Part shown: piece after piece, positions 38,504-47,989 of the stretch
How positions within the stretch are numbered: the stretch's first letter is position 1
How the letters are laid out: every line of letters starts with the position of its first letter
NCBI GenBank assembly: GCA_007375725.1
Contig: VMEV01000001.1
Location: 15,503-79,502 of the forward strand
Direction: 5' to 3'
Length of the DNA stretch: 64,000 nucleotides
DNA from: Parcubacteria group bacterium Greene0416_36
GTDB lineage: Bacteria; Patescibacteriota; Patescibacteriia; VMEV01
Notes under the pieces: model-generated
Database searches by the model: none
Told to the model about the DNA's origin: nothing
Seen by the model: the letters and a program-made list of their open reading frames with translations, nothing else
Translations under genes and position numbers: made by a program

Positions 38504-38641
38504 AATAAATCTCCCCCACCCCACAAGCAAGGCACACCCCCTCGAACAACAAAAACAGCACCCTCCCCAACGGACCGCGTGCTGTTTTTTTTATTTGCTC
38601 CCTGTTTATTTGTCATTTATCACTTTTGCTTTGTCATTTAC

Positions 38642-39646
38642 TTATTTCATCTTCTTCCCCACCAATACCGTCAAATCCGCGAGGCGTTGAGAATACCCCC
38701 ATTCATTGTCATACCACACCATGATCTTAGCGAAATCGCCGCCCATGACTTGAGTCAGAGGCAGATCGACAATCGCGGAGTAAGGAGAGCCGATAAAGTC
38801 GGACGAGACGAGAGGTTCGTCTGATACAGCTAAAATACCACTATACCTCTTGGACTCTGACTCTTTTGTGAAGACCTTGTTGATTTCTTCCACCGTGGTT
38901 TTCTTTTCGAGAAGCACGGTGAAATCCGATAAAGACCCAACGATTATAGGAACACGAAGCGACTGCCCGTCAAATTTCCCGGCAATGGCGGGCAAGATTT
39001 TGCCGATGGCGCCAGCCGCTCCGGTCGAAGTCGGCACGATATTCTGAGTGGCGGCGCGTCCCCGCCGCATATCCTTGGCCTGAGGCGCATCTTGGAGAGC
39101 CTGCTGCGCCGTATAGGCATGAATCGTGGTCATGAGTGATTTCTTGATGCCAAAATGGCGAGACAAAATTTCCATCACCGGCCCGATACAATTGGTCGTG
39201 CAAGAAGCATTCGATACCACCAAAGCCTTGCCGTCATATTTGTCGGCATTCACTCCGATCAAGAAAGTCGGAGTCTCATCCTTGGCCGGCGCGGACAGAA
39301 TCACTCGCTTGGCTCCGGCTTTGATATGCGGCATGGCCAATTCAGTGGACACGAAAAATCCGGTACACTCGAGGACCACGTCCACTTTCAACTTCTTCCA
39401 CGGCAACATGCCCGGATCTTTCTCCGCGAAAACGGGAATTTTCTTCCCATCCACGATCAAATGCTTCTCGTCATAATCCACTTCTCCATCAAAATGGCCA
39501 TAAGCCGTGTCGTATTTGAGGAGATACGCCAAAGTTTTAGTATCCGTCAAATCATTGATGCCCACGAAATTCAACTCCTTTTTCTCGAGCCCCGCTTTGA
39601 ACACATTCCGGCCAATCCGGCCAAACCCGTTGATGGCGACATTCAT
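38642..39646 (-). CDS. gap: Glyceraldehyde-3-phosphate dehydrogenase
   Basis: MNVAINGFGRIGRNVFKA and SNASCTTNC active-site region. Confidence 0.95.
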   Translation of the reverse strand: MNVAINGFGRIGRNVFKAGLEKKELNFVGINDLTDTKTLAYLLKYDTAYGHFDGEVDYDEKHLIVDGKKIPVFAEKDPGMLPWKKLKVDVVLECTGFFVSTELAMPHIKAGAKRVILSAPAKDETPTFLIGVNADKYDGKALVVSNASCTTNCIGPVMEILSRHFGIKKSLMTTIHAYTAQQALQDAPQAKDMRRGRAATQNIVPTSTGAAGAIGKILPAIAGKFDGQSLRVPIIVGSLSDFTVLLEKKTTVEEINKVFTKESESKRYSGILAVSDEPLVSSDFIGSPYSAIVDLPLTQVMGGDFAKIMVWYDNEWGYSQRLADLTVLVGKKMK

Positions 39647-39764
39647 ATAATTTGAGGCTATTAGGCATTAGGCCATTAGCTTATTAGATTGATAGAAAAC
39701 TGATTGCTTAAATTTTAGCAAAAATAGCACAGAAAAAAAGCAGGGATAAAAAACCCTGCTTATA

Positions 39765-39800
39765 CACAAAAAATGTCCGACATGTCGGACATTTTTTGTG
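39765..39800 (-). terminator. Perfect palindromic Rho-independent terminator between tsf and gap
   Basis: cacaaaaaatgtccgacatgtcggacattttttgtg; preceded by a second hairpin gcagggataaaaaaccctgc at 39741..39760. Confidence 0.65.
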
Positions 39801-39826
39801 TATATTTTTTCTAAAAACTAAAAACT

Positions 39827-40414
39827 CTATATCTGATATCTCGTAAACCTCGTGACCTCAATCTTCTCTCCCAATCGCGCGATCTTTTCTTTGACGAGAT
39901 CAGACACGGTTTTCGTATCATCCTTGATAAATTTCTGTTCCAAGAGGCAATTATCCTGATAATAAGTCTTGAGCTTGCCTTCGAGGATCTTGTCGAGCAT
40001 TTCTTCTTTTTTGCCCTCTTTTCGAAGCTGTTCTCGGAGGATTTCTTTCTCTTTCTCCACCGCTTCCGTAGGAACAGACGCAATGCTCACAAAAAGAGGA
40101 TTGCCGGCCGCAGCCTGCATGGCCAAATCTTTCGCCAGCTCCTTAAATTCCTCATTGCGTGCCACGAAATCCGTCTCGCAGCGCACTTCCACCATAGTGG
40201 CTACCTTACCATTGGCATGCAGATACATGCCGACGAGGCCTTCTCCAGCCGTGCGGTCATTCTTCTTGTCCGCCTTCAGAATCCCCTGCTTGCGAAGATA
40301 TTCCGCGGATTTATCCATATCTCCCCCATTGGCTTCGAGGGCCTTTTTGCAGTCCACAATCCCCGCGCCCGTCCTTGCGCGCAGTTCGGATACGAGTTTA
40401 GAATCAATGTTCAT
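39827..40414 (-). CDS. tsf: Elongation factor Ts (short form)
   Basis: LRARTGAGIVDCKKALEANGGDMDKSAEYLRKQG UBA-like N-terminus. Confidence 0.9.
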   Translation of the reverse strand: MNIDSKLVSELRARTGAGIVDCKKALEANGGDMDKSAEYLRKQGILKADKKNDRTAGEGLVGMYLHANGKVATMVEVRCETDFVARNEEFKELAKDLAMQAAAGNPLFVSIASVPTEAVEKEKEILREQLRKEGKKEEMLDKILEGKLKTYYQDNCLLEQKFIKDDTKTVSDLVKEKIARLGEKIEVTRFTRYQI

Positions 40415-40483
40415 AAAATAAGCCGCCCTGTTGTTCCCTCCCTTGTAAAGGGCAGGGTTAGGGAGGGGTTTATTGTTAGAGCC

Positions 40484-41248
40484 TTACTTCTTGCCCTCTT
40501 CTTTCTTCGCTGAAGCTTCGAAGGACACGGCCTTCACATCCTCTTTTTTGATGATCACCGGCTTGGGTCGGGCCTTGCCTTCCTTCACAGCCTCGGCAAT
40601 AAGACCGACGATAAAGGTGATGGATTTGGTCGCGTCATCATTGGCGGGAATCGGATAATCGATTTCTTCGGGATTCACATTGGTGTCGCAAATGGCGACC
40701 ACGGGAACTCCCTTGGTCTGGGCTTCCGCAAAAGCGGTTTTCTCGCGTTTGACATCCACCAAAAATACCGCATCCGGAATCTTTTCGAGATTAGCGATAC
40801 CCCCCACGCTCTCCTCCAACCGTTCGATTTCACGGGAAAATTCCAATTGTTCTTTCTTGGTATATTTGGATAATTTTCCGACTTCCATTTTATATTTAAG
40901 ATCCTTATATTTCTTAAGCACCTTGAATAGTACATTAAAATTGGTCATGAGTCCGCCCAGCCATCGCTTATTGACATAAGGCATGCCGCAAGAGAGAGCC
41001 GCGTCTCGGATAATATCCTGACACTGGCGCTTGCTGCCCACGAACAAAACCGTTCCGCCACTCGCCGCGATATTGGCCACAAACTCGCAGCTTTTGAGAA
41101 GAGCTTCCTGAGTTTTCTCCAAATTAATAATATGGACCCCGTTTCGGACTCCAAAAATATAGCCCCCCATTTTCGGGTGCCATCTCGACACTTGATGCCC
41201 AAAATGCAAACCATTTTGGAGCATTTCCAAAAGACTGACGTCTTTCAT
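40484..41248 (-). CDS. rpsB: 30S ribosomal protein S2
   Basis: LLEMLQNGLHFGHQVSRWHPKM and LGGLMTNF. Start set at MKDVSLLEM. Confidence 0.9.
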   Translation of the reverse strand: MKDVSLLEMLQNGLHFGHQVSRWHPKMGGYIFGVRNGVHIINLEKTQEALLKSCEFVANIAASGGTVLFVGSKRQCQDIIRDAALSCGMPYVNKRWLGGLMTNFNVLFKVLKKYKDLKYKMEVGKLSKYTKKEQLEFSREIERLEESVGGIANLEKIPDAVFLVDVKREKTAFAEAQTKGVPVVAICDTNVNPEEIDYPIPANDDATKSITFIVGLIAEAVKEGKARPKPVIIKKEDVKAVSFEASAKKEEGKK

Positions 41249-41975
41249 ATAAATTCTTGTCGGACCGTAGCTTTTTAGCAAAGGCCGAATCTTTTTAATC
41301 TCTACTACCCCTACCCTTTCGCCCTAGTTAGAAAACAAGGGAAGAATGAAAGGATATTGGAAATGCTTATAAATAAGCACTGGAGATAGTATAAAGGATG
41401 AATAAATTAGCTTCTTTAGGCTTTAGCTTCATTAGCTTCTTTAGCTAAAAAAACAAATAAAACCATTTAAAAGCTATTAAGAGAAACTAACAGATTTAAG
41501 CCAGATGATCAACTTGACAAAATACAAATAAAAGACTATTGTATTGGCACTATTCGACCGTCAATTATCAGCCTTTTTTCGCTGATCGATGAAGATTGGC
41601 GAGGAGAGGCACTTTGAAAAGGAAAAAAAGAATGAATGACAAAAAACACACAATCAATCCATGGACAAAAGAAGAGCTTGAACAATTAGCCAAAAGCATG
41701 AAAAGGCAAAAAGACAGAATAAAAAAAATTAGTGAGTCGGACAATGAAGCCATTTGGGAAGCTTGGGATTCTGGCAATCCAGCGAATCACCAAGAACCTT
41801 CTGTAAAACAGAAAAAATAAATAATTTCGAACCCCCTCACAACCAAATCCCGCCGCACTCGGATCCAACCCAGTCAGCGGTTTTTAAATTTCTAGGGAAT
41901 TTAAAAAGGCCGCGAGAGTATTGGACTGCGGCCAATTTTGTAAAATTTTTCATTTTCATTTATAAATTCCCTTTT

Positions 41976-42635
41976 TTAGGCCACCTTCAACTGCGGGAAC
42001 ACATGCCACCGCAGACCCCAATAATGACAGAACATGCCAAAATTCACACAGATATGCCAAAGAGCGTGGTAATACCAGCGGTGAGAGTCGTATTTATAAA
42101 ACCACAGAGCTCCCAGCATGTACCAGCCCCCGCCAATAATAATAAAAGCAATTGCGTCCCAAGAAAGATTCTTGAGTATGGACCGGCTGAATAGAAAAGC
42201 GTATCCGGCTAGACCATAATAGAGGCAAATAGAGTCGGGGTGATATCGGTGCGGACATCCGATTTTATATAGCACACCAAAAACACAGATAAGAGCGGCT
42301 CCAACCGTATAAATTTTCTGATTGGGAAACGCGCTCAAAATCACAATCGCCACGGTCACCGCTATATGGACGAAAATACAGCAATGATCGAATATCTTTA
42401 TGGCTTGATTGAATGTATCCGAGGAATAATGACCATAAAGACCGTGGTATAGCGCACTGGAGAAAAAAACTCCAAAAATAGACCAAGCATAAACAAAAAA
42501 GAGCTTCCTCTTTTTCTCTTCCCAAGCCGGAATATAAAATAGCACTACCCAGAGGGAAATCAACGCGGGAATGGCGTGAGTGATCCAGTTAAGCGGATAA
42601 TACACGCAATATCTGCCAATACTCAGTGCTTCCAT
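41976..42635 (-). CDS. Hemolysin-III / PAQR-family 7-TM membrane protein
   Basis: Seven hydrophobic spans with conserved His residues (YHGLYGH, HCCIFVH, HALWHICV). Confidence 0.6.
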   Translation of the reverse strand: MEALSIGRYCVYYPLNWITHAIPALISLWVVLFYIPAWEEKKRKLFFVYAWSIFGVFFSSALYHGLYGHYSSDTFNQAIKIFDHCCIFVHIAVTVAIVILSAFPNQKIYTVGAALICVFGVLYKIGCPHRYHPDSICLYYGLAGYAFLFSRSILKNLSWDAIAFIIIGGGWYMLGALWFYKYDSHRWYYHALWHICVNFGMFCHYWGLRWHVFPQLKVA

Positions 42636-42746
42636 GGCCGCACCTCACTTTCGGGACATGCCCCTATAAAAAAGAACGATTCCCTATATATTAGAACGGT
42701 AGTATTTTTTGAAAAAAACAACAAACCCTTTCTTGGAGAAAGGGTT

Positions 42747-43166
42747 TTATCGTCGATATCGACTTGCTTTTAGCAAGGCTTCTTCCAGCCCCGGTTCAAA
42801 TTTCTGTTCTTTGATCTCGTCTTTATGAATCCAGATGAATTGGGTTTCTGTCTTATTTTCATGATCCATAAAAAGAATTTCATTTGGCACATCCATTAAA
42901 TACACCACATAAACACGATGAAAAGACCTTTCCGGCGCAAAATAAGTAAATGCATGCAAAAGTCCGGGGTTCTCACTGAGGGTATAATTTAGCTCTTCCT
43001 TCAATTCACGGCGCAAGGTGTTCAGCAATGTTTCTCCATATTCTACAGTACCTCCCGGAATATCCCGCGTTCGGCTCGCACTATTCCTCATCGAGTACAG
43101 AACCTTATCTCCGCTAAAAAGAAGGGCTGAAATCAAAACATTTGTATCCAGTACTACTTTTATCAT
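42747..43166 (-). CDS. NUDIX hydrolase (second copy in window)
   Basis: Nudix box GGTVEYGETLLNTLRRELKEELN. Start set at MIKVVLD, 7 nt after the stop of the upstream small ORF. Confidence 0.65.
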   Translation of the reverse strand: MIKVVLDTNVLISALLFSGDKVLYSMRNSASRTRDIPGGTVEYGETLLNTLRRELKEELNYTLSENPGLLHAFTYFAPERSFHRVYVVYLMDVPNEILFMDHENKTETQFIWIHKDEIKEQKFEPGLEEALLKASRYRR

Positions 43167-43173
43167 AAGGAAT

Positions 43174-43404
43174 CTAGCGGGACCTGACAGCCTCAATTTC
43201 TTCTTCAATTTCATTCTCACTTATCTGTGCGCCTATAGATTTAAGCCTAGACTTTAAAGCAGACAGAGAAGGATTCTCCATCTTTTTAATAATCAAACTA
43301 TCGACTTCTGCCATAATATACACATCAGCCCCTTCCCAAGACTTTTGTAATTGCGATGATAGTCTAATCGATCCTCTTTTAACTTGGCTTGTTTTGACGG
43401 TCAT
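43174..43404 (-). CDS. AbrB/MazE/SpoVT-like swapped-hairpin small protein (antitoxin-like)
   Basis: VKRGSIRLSSQLQKSWEGADVYIMAEVDSLIIKK fits the AbrB/MazE fold pattern; co-oriented and almost abutting the Nudix gene. Confidence 0.4.
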   Translation of the reverse strand: MTVKTSQVKRGSIRLSSQLQKSWEGADVYIMAEVDSLIIKKMENPSLSALKSRLKSIGAQISENEIEEEIEAVRSR

Positions 43405-43410
43405 AGAATA

Positions 43411-43758
43411 TCAATTTATGCTTCTATGATATAAGAAAAACCAATAGAAATCCAGCTTTTCCATATCCATTACTTTGAAATCGCAGTCGGAATAAGAAAA
43501 TTTCGCGATTTTAATCAATTTTTCAGAAATACCTATCCCGCAAGATATTTCCGCACCCATAGTTTTGAGATAATGAGAATCTTCCCCACTGCCACAGGCC
43601 AAACTCAATACTTTCTTCCCTTTCAGATCGGGCAAAAGCGCGTACATCGCCGGCTTTTCATAATAAGCATGATACAGAGATTCCTCCGGATTTCTCACAT
43701 GCTCCGAATATTGCTGAGAATTATCATTATACCACGCTATAGTTTTTGGATCAGTCGA
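43411..43758 (-). pseudogene. Class I SAM-dependent methyltransferase fragment (motif I present, C-terminal half missing)
   Basis: KVLSLACGSGEDSHYL motif I, but the ORF ends about 70 aa later, too short for a full Rossmann methyltransferase. Confidence 0.4.
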
Positions 43759-43885
43759 CATAAATAAATCATGATATTCCAATGCTCTCAGATTAGCCCA
43801 ATTCCCTCTTTCTCTCAAGCTCCAAAATTGACAATTCACCCTAAAACATAATAATCTGAAAACGTTCCTTAGCGCATCATTATTC

Positions 43886-43959
43886 GCCCTCATCGTCTAA
43901 CGGTTAGGACATCAGATTCTCAATCTGGTAATCGGAGTTCGATTCTCCGTGGGGGTACC
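43886..43959 (+). tRNA. tRNA-Glu (anticodon CUC; inferred by eye)
   Basis: TCGTCTAACGGTTAGGACA D-arm typical of tRNA-Glu, anticodon loop TTCTCAA, T-arm CGGAGTTCGATTCTCCG, acceptor GCCCTCA/TGGGGGT with two G-U pairs. Confidence 0.6.
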
Positions 43960-44378
43960 CTAAAACGACTCTCCCGCCAATAGCGGGACCAAGTATCTGT
44001 AACATCAATATTGATCTGATTTTTTTCAAACAAAAAAAAGACCCCAGTTAATTTATATTGATATTATTCAATATTTTAACTGAAGTATTTTTGATCTTCA
44101 TCTCCTTTTAATTGCCTTTTCAGGATTTTTTCTGCGGCAATCTTTTTCGGTGGAGACAGGCTTTTTCACCTTTCAACTGCTTTCAAATAACTGTCTTCGA
44201 AAGCAAACCGTCAGATTTCTCTAGGTAGAAATCTGCAAAAGAAATTTTCGATATATCCACCATTTTTACCTAATATGGGATATATCTACTCTAGGAGCAG
44301 GCCTAGTCCTTTAAGAGGTTCCTGTTCTTTTGGAACAGGGTTGACCTCTATTTGACCCTCTGCTTTTTGGAAGCAGAT

Positions 44379-44745
44379 ATACTTTTTCCTAACCCTACCC
44401 CTTTTTTTAAGGGGAAGAGCTGTAAACTTTATCTGGTGCCTATCACAACAAAATGTGACTAGGCGATAAAGAAGATTCGGACAGGATTTGCAACCTGTGG
44501 ATTTTGATGAGGAGCTTATAGCCTGCCTCATCTCCATCCAATCTTTTATCCCATAAAGAACCGTCCTTTTTCCTAACCCCTCTTTTTTTACAAAAAAGGA
44601 GCTGTAAACTTTATTTGATGCCTATCACATAAATGTGACTAGGCGAATAAAGAAATTCGGCAGGTGTTTCAACCTGAGGGTTTCAATGAATGGACCCATG
44701 TCCTCGTTCATTGATTCCCAATTTTTCTTACAAATCGATCATGAA
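44379..44745. repeat. Two tandem units of about 184 bp, highly structured, in a 1-kb gene-free region
   Basis: Unit 1 (44379..) and unit 2 (44563..) share about 130 nt (cctttttcctaaccc...agctgtaaactttat..tgcctatcaca...tgtgactaggcga..caggt..caacctg) with conserved stems and variable loops. Confidence 0.6.
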
Positions 44746-45004
44746 AACATACTAACACATAAAAATAGATATGTCAATATTCTACAAAAAAATGCTAATA
44801 TATAATCAAAAAAAGAAATCCCATTGATTTTGGATCAATGGGCTTCTGGTAGGCATTATGTATATGAGACCTATTAAGGCAGAACAATTTAATGCCTGTC
44901 CATATTTTCAACCTACCGATTTAGAAGTACATATACTATACCACACCTGAAACAAAAAGTCAAAAATAGTTAATAAAATCGCTAATATAAAATAAAATTC
45001 AAAA

Positions 45005-46252
45005 CTACTGCCTCACCAATACCGCCGGTGCGCCCAAGGGCTCGGCCATGAGCTCGCGGACGATTTTCTCCATGCGGGTTTCGGCACCTCCGGAAACCAT
45101 GAGGAGGTCGCCTTTTTCGAGGCGGTTCTGGATGAATCGGCCGGCTTCTTCTGGGGTCGGAAAATAAAAACACCGTTCTTCGAGCATGCCGGCTTCTCGG
45201 GCTCCACGGACAATATCGCGGGCCTTCTCGCCTACGGCAACCAGATAATCCGGGTTCGTTTCAAATACTTTAGCTCCGATCGCACGATGCTCGTCTTCCG
45301 TGTAGCGGCCGAGATGGCTGATCGACCCCAAGACCGCAAACTTCTCGCGAGGTTTCTCAAGCGCAATCGACGCCAAGGTGTCCAATGCCACCTTCATGGA
45401 ATAAGGATTGGCGTCTCGGGTATCGTCGATGATCATGGTTTTCTTAATGCCGCGGATGAGGCACAATTTCCCGGGGGTGGGATGGTATCCGACAAAAGAC
45501 TCCACCATTTTGAGTAAATTCCCGCCCAGGTGAAGTCCGGCCAAAATTCCGGCCATGAATCCGCGCGCGTGATCCGCCCCCACGGCTCCGGGCAAAAACA
45601 CGGGAATGCTGTTTCCTTGATAATTGAGCTTGAACGACATGCCCAAAAGCCGGCCGTCGGTTTCCTCGGCCTGCCGGTCTTCCCATACCGATAAATCACT
45701 GGCTCGAATCGTTGCACTAGAAGAAAATCCAAATGAAACAGAAGGCGATGAAACCCCCTTGGCCGCGGCCGCCACATTCAGATTATCGGCGTTAAAAATC
45801 ACCAGAGGATTCGCCCCGGACACCGCAAAAATGCCGGATTTCTCCTTGGCCTCTTCTTCGATCGAGGCAAAAAATTCTTGATTGGTGTCGCTCACGGTTC
45901 CCAAAATTCCAATCGAGTGCGGATGAAAATCCAAAAAAGGCTTCATTTTTCCCGGAGCATGCGCCGGATATTCCACGACAAAACATTTCGTAAAATCGCG
46001 GCTTCCGACCAAACTTTTGATGCCTTGCACCACAATATTCTTTTTGCCGTCCAAAACCCATCCAGCCAAATCCTCCAAGGGTTCCTTTCCATACTCTCCC
46101 GAACGCACCACCCTGCCTCCCACGACTTCCTTGAGCGCAAAAAATACGGCATCTCGAATGATGACTGACTCCGCATCTCCGGCAACCGCAATCCAATGCG
46201 GCCTATGCCGGGCAAGAGTTTTTTGCGCGAGTCTGACTATAAATTTTTCCAT
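45005..46252 (-). CDS. murF: Mur ligase family protein, MurF-like, lacking the N-terminal domain and with a non-canonical P-loop
   Basis: IIDDTRDANPYSMKVAL matches the MurF DDSYNANP box and there are central-domain matches. The position aligned to the GSSGKT P-loop reads AGDAES. Confidence 0.6.
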   Translation of the reverse strand: MEKFIVRLAQKTLARHRPHWIAVAGDAESVIIRDAVFFALKEVVGGRVVRSGEYGKEPLEDLAGWVLDGKKNIVVQGIKSLVGSRDFTKCFVVEYPAHAPGKMKPFLDFHPHSIGILGTVSDTNQEFFASIEEEAKEKSGIFAVSGANPLVIFNADNLNVAAAAKGVSSPSVSFGFSSSATIRASDLSVWEDRQAEETDGRLLGMSFKLNYQGNSIPVFLPGAVGADHARGFMAGILAGLHLGGNLLKMVESFVGYHPTPGKLCLIRGIKKTMIIDDTRDANPYSMKVALDTLASIALEKPREKFAVLGSISHLGRYTEDEHRAIGAKVFETNPDYLVAVGEKARDIVRGAREAGMLEERCFYFPTPEEAGRFIQNRLEKGDLLMVSGGAETRMEKIVRELMAEPLGAPAVLVRQ

Positions 46253-46270
46253 AGATATCTGATCACCAAG

Positions 46271-47989
46271 TTATTTAGGCACATGATAATACTCCAATAA
46301 GAATTTGGCAATCTCGCCGAATAATGGCGCGGCCGAAGACCCGGCAAAATCCGACTTTTTGGGTTCATCGATCTTGGTGAGCATCACAAAAAACGGATCG
46401 TCTACCGGACCAAAACCCACAAAAGACTGGATGGTTCCGCCCTCAGAATACCCTTTCTGGGTCTTATCGGAAATCTGCGCGGTCCCGGTTTTCCCGCCCA
46501 GGTAATAACCTTGGACCGAAGCTTGTTTATTTTGTCCTCCGGCGATCACCGTCACAAGCATGCCGCCCAACAGAGCGGCCGTCCGGGGAGAAATCACCTG
46601 CCCCACAAGCTGGGCTTGCCTCTGCCAGACAGTATCGGAACCGCGGACAATCTGCTCCACTACATAGGGACGGAATAATCTTCCTCCATTGGCCACAGCT
46701 CCATACGAAGCCAAGAGCTGGATGGGGGTCACGGTGATGCCCTGTCCGAATGACGCGGTCGCCAAATAAATCTCGCTCTTTCGGTCGAGAGTGGACAGAT
46801 CGCCGCTCGACTCATAGTCCAAATCAATGCCGGTTTTGGCGCCAAAACCGAAATCTTCCAGATATCGGCGAAAAGAATCAAATCCCGCCTGCTTGGCGGC
46901 ATAAATAGCGCCCGTATTGAGAGACTTTTCCAGAACCGTGATCATCGAGACATCCCCTAATGGAACCGGATTCACATTCTTGATAGTGTACGGACCGATT
47001 TCGATCTTTCCTTCATCATTGTAGGTGCTTCCAGGACCGAGAGCATTGCTGTCCAAAGCGGCGGCCATAGTCATGACCTTGAACGTGGACCCGGGTTCAT
47101 AGGAGCCGATAATGGACATATTATTGTAGACTTCCGGATTTCCAACCTTGGAATATTCATTCGGATCAAAGGTCGGATAGTTGCATAGAGCCCATATCGC
47201 CCCATTTTTTGGGTTCATAACAATGACATTGCCTCCTGAGGCCTCCAGCTTTTCCACATATTCTTTCAATTTATTGCAGGCATAAAACTGCAAATTACGG
47301 TCGATGGACAAAACCAAATCCAAAGAATCGGTTTGGCTCACCTCATTTTTGAGTGATGGATTTTTCTGCCACCCCGATTCTTTTTCTATCTTCTCCATAT
47401 TTCCACCTCCCAGCAAGTCATCATAATACCCCTCGACGCCATAGACTCCCCCTTTTTTATCATTGCGATACCCGACAAAGCCTACGATATGAGAAAAAAA
47501 AGATCCCGAAGGATAATAGCGCCATTTCTCTCGGGCTATGCCGATACCGGACATATTTAATTTTTTGATTCGCATAGCCGTCTCTTCCTCCACTCGGGAG
47601 GCAATGGGCTCATAGGGATCATCTGCCTTGATCAATTTGGGCAAAATCGCTGATTCTTCCAGCTTCAATTCCCCAGCCAAGACTTTTGTGGAAATTTCAG
47701 GACTGGTCACAAGAGATGGAACAGCATATACCACATAGAGATCTTTATTCACCGCGACCGGAAACAAAGAACTGTCCGCATTTTTGTCGTTCAGATAAAT
47801 ATTGCCGCGCTTCGAAATACCCAAAGACCGGCCCTCGGCTTTTTCGTCGGCCTGATTGGCATAAATGGAATAATAAAAAAATTGCAGCGAAAATAGGCGC
47901 CACAATATGAAACCCACCCCCGCCACAACCCCCGCACCCACCCAAAAAAAACGGTTTGGGATTGCCAATGACATAAGTGAGAGGATCAT
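46271..47989 (-). CDS. ftsI: Penicillin-binding protein 2/3-type transpeptidase
   Basis: N-terminal TM, SGSTFK (SxxK), SLN and KTGT motifs. Confidence 0.85.
   Translation of the reverse strand: MILSLMSLAIPNRFFWVGAGVVAGVGFILWRLFSLQFFYYSIYANQADEKAEGRSLGISKRGNIYLNDKNADSSLFPVAVNKDLYVVYAVPSLVTSPEISTKVLAGELKLEESAILPKLIKADDPYEPIASRVEEETAMRIKKLNMSGIGIAREKWRYYPSGSFFSHIVGFVGYRNDKKGGVYGVEGYYDDLLGGGNMEKIEKESGWQKNPSLKNEVSQTDSLDLVLSIDRNLQFYACNKLKEYVEKLEASGGNVIVMNPKNGAIWALCNYPTFDPNEYSKVGNPEVYNNMSIIGSYEPGSTFKVMTMAAALDSNALGPGSTYNDEGKIEIGPYTIKNVNPVPLGDVSMITVLEKSLNTGAIYAAKQAGFDSFRRYLEDFGFGAKTGIDLDYESSGDLSTLDRKSEIYLATASFGQGITVTPIQLLASYGAVANGGRLFRPYVVEQIVRGSDTVWQRQAQLVGQVISPRTAALLGGMLVTVIAGGQNKQASVQGYYLGGKTGTAQISDKTQKGYSEGGTIQSFVGFGPVDDPFFVMLTKIDEPKKSDFAGSSAAPLFGEIAKFLLEYYHVPK

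Noticed and set aside
39647-39740. Short attagg-type direct repeats (gctattaggcattaggccattagcttattag) and the tagcttc repeats at 41400-41450
   Set aside because: These are low-complexity, AT-rich simple repeats in promoter or leader regions with no copies elsewhere in the window.
42747-43220. N-terminus MIKVVLDTNVLISALLF read as a PIN (VapC) toxin paired with the AbrB-like ORF
   Set aside because: The segment aligns better with the first beta-strands of the NUDIX fold (compare MutT IAVGIIRNE...FPGGKIE) and is directly followed by a canonical Nudix box, so it is a Nudix enzyme and not a truncated PIN.
44286-44745. Tandem repeats considered as a CRISPR array
   Set aside because: The units are about 184 bp with long conserved blocks, not 25-40 bp repeats separated by unique spacers, and there are no cas genes.
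43960-45004. RNase P RNA, tmRNA or 6S RNA in the 1-kb non-coding region
   Set aside because: I looked for GGAAAGTCCGG/ACAGAA-type RNase P motifs, a tmRNA tRNA-like 3' end with tag ORF, and a single long 6S-like hairpin; none is present. The RNA identity remains open.
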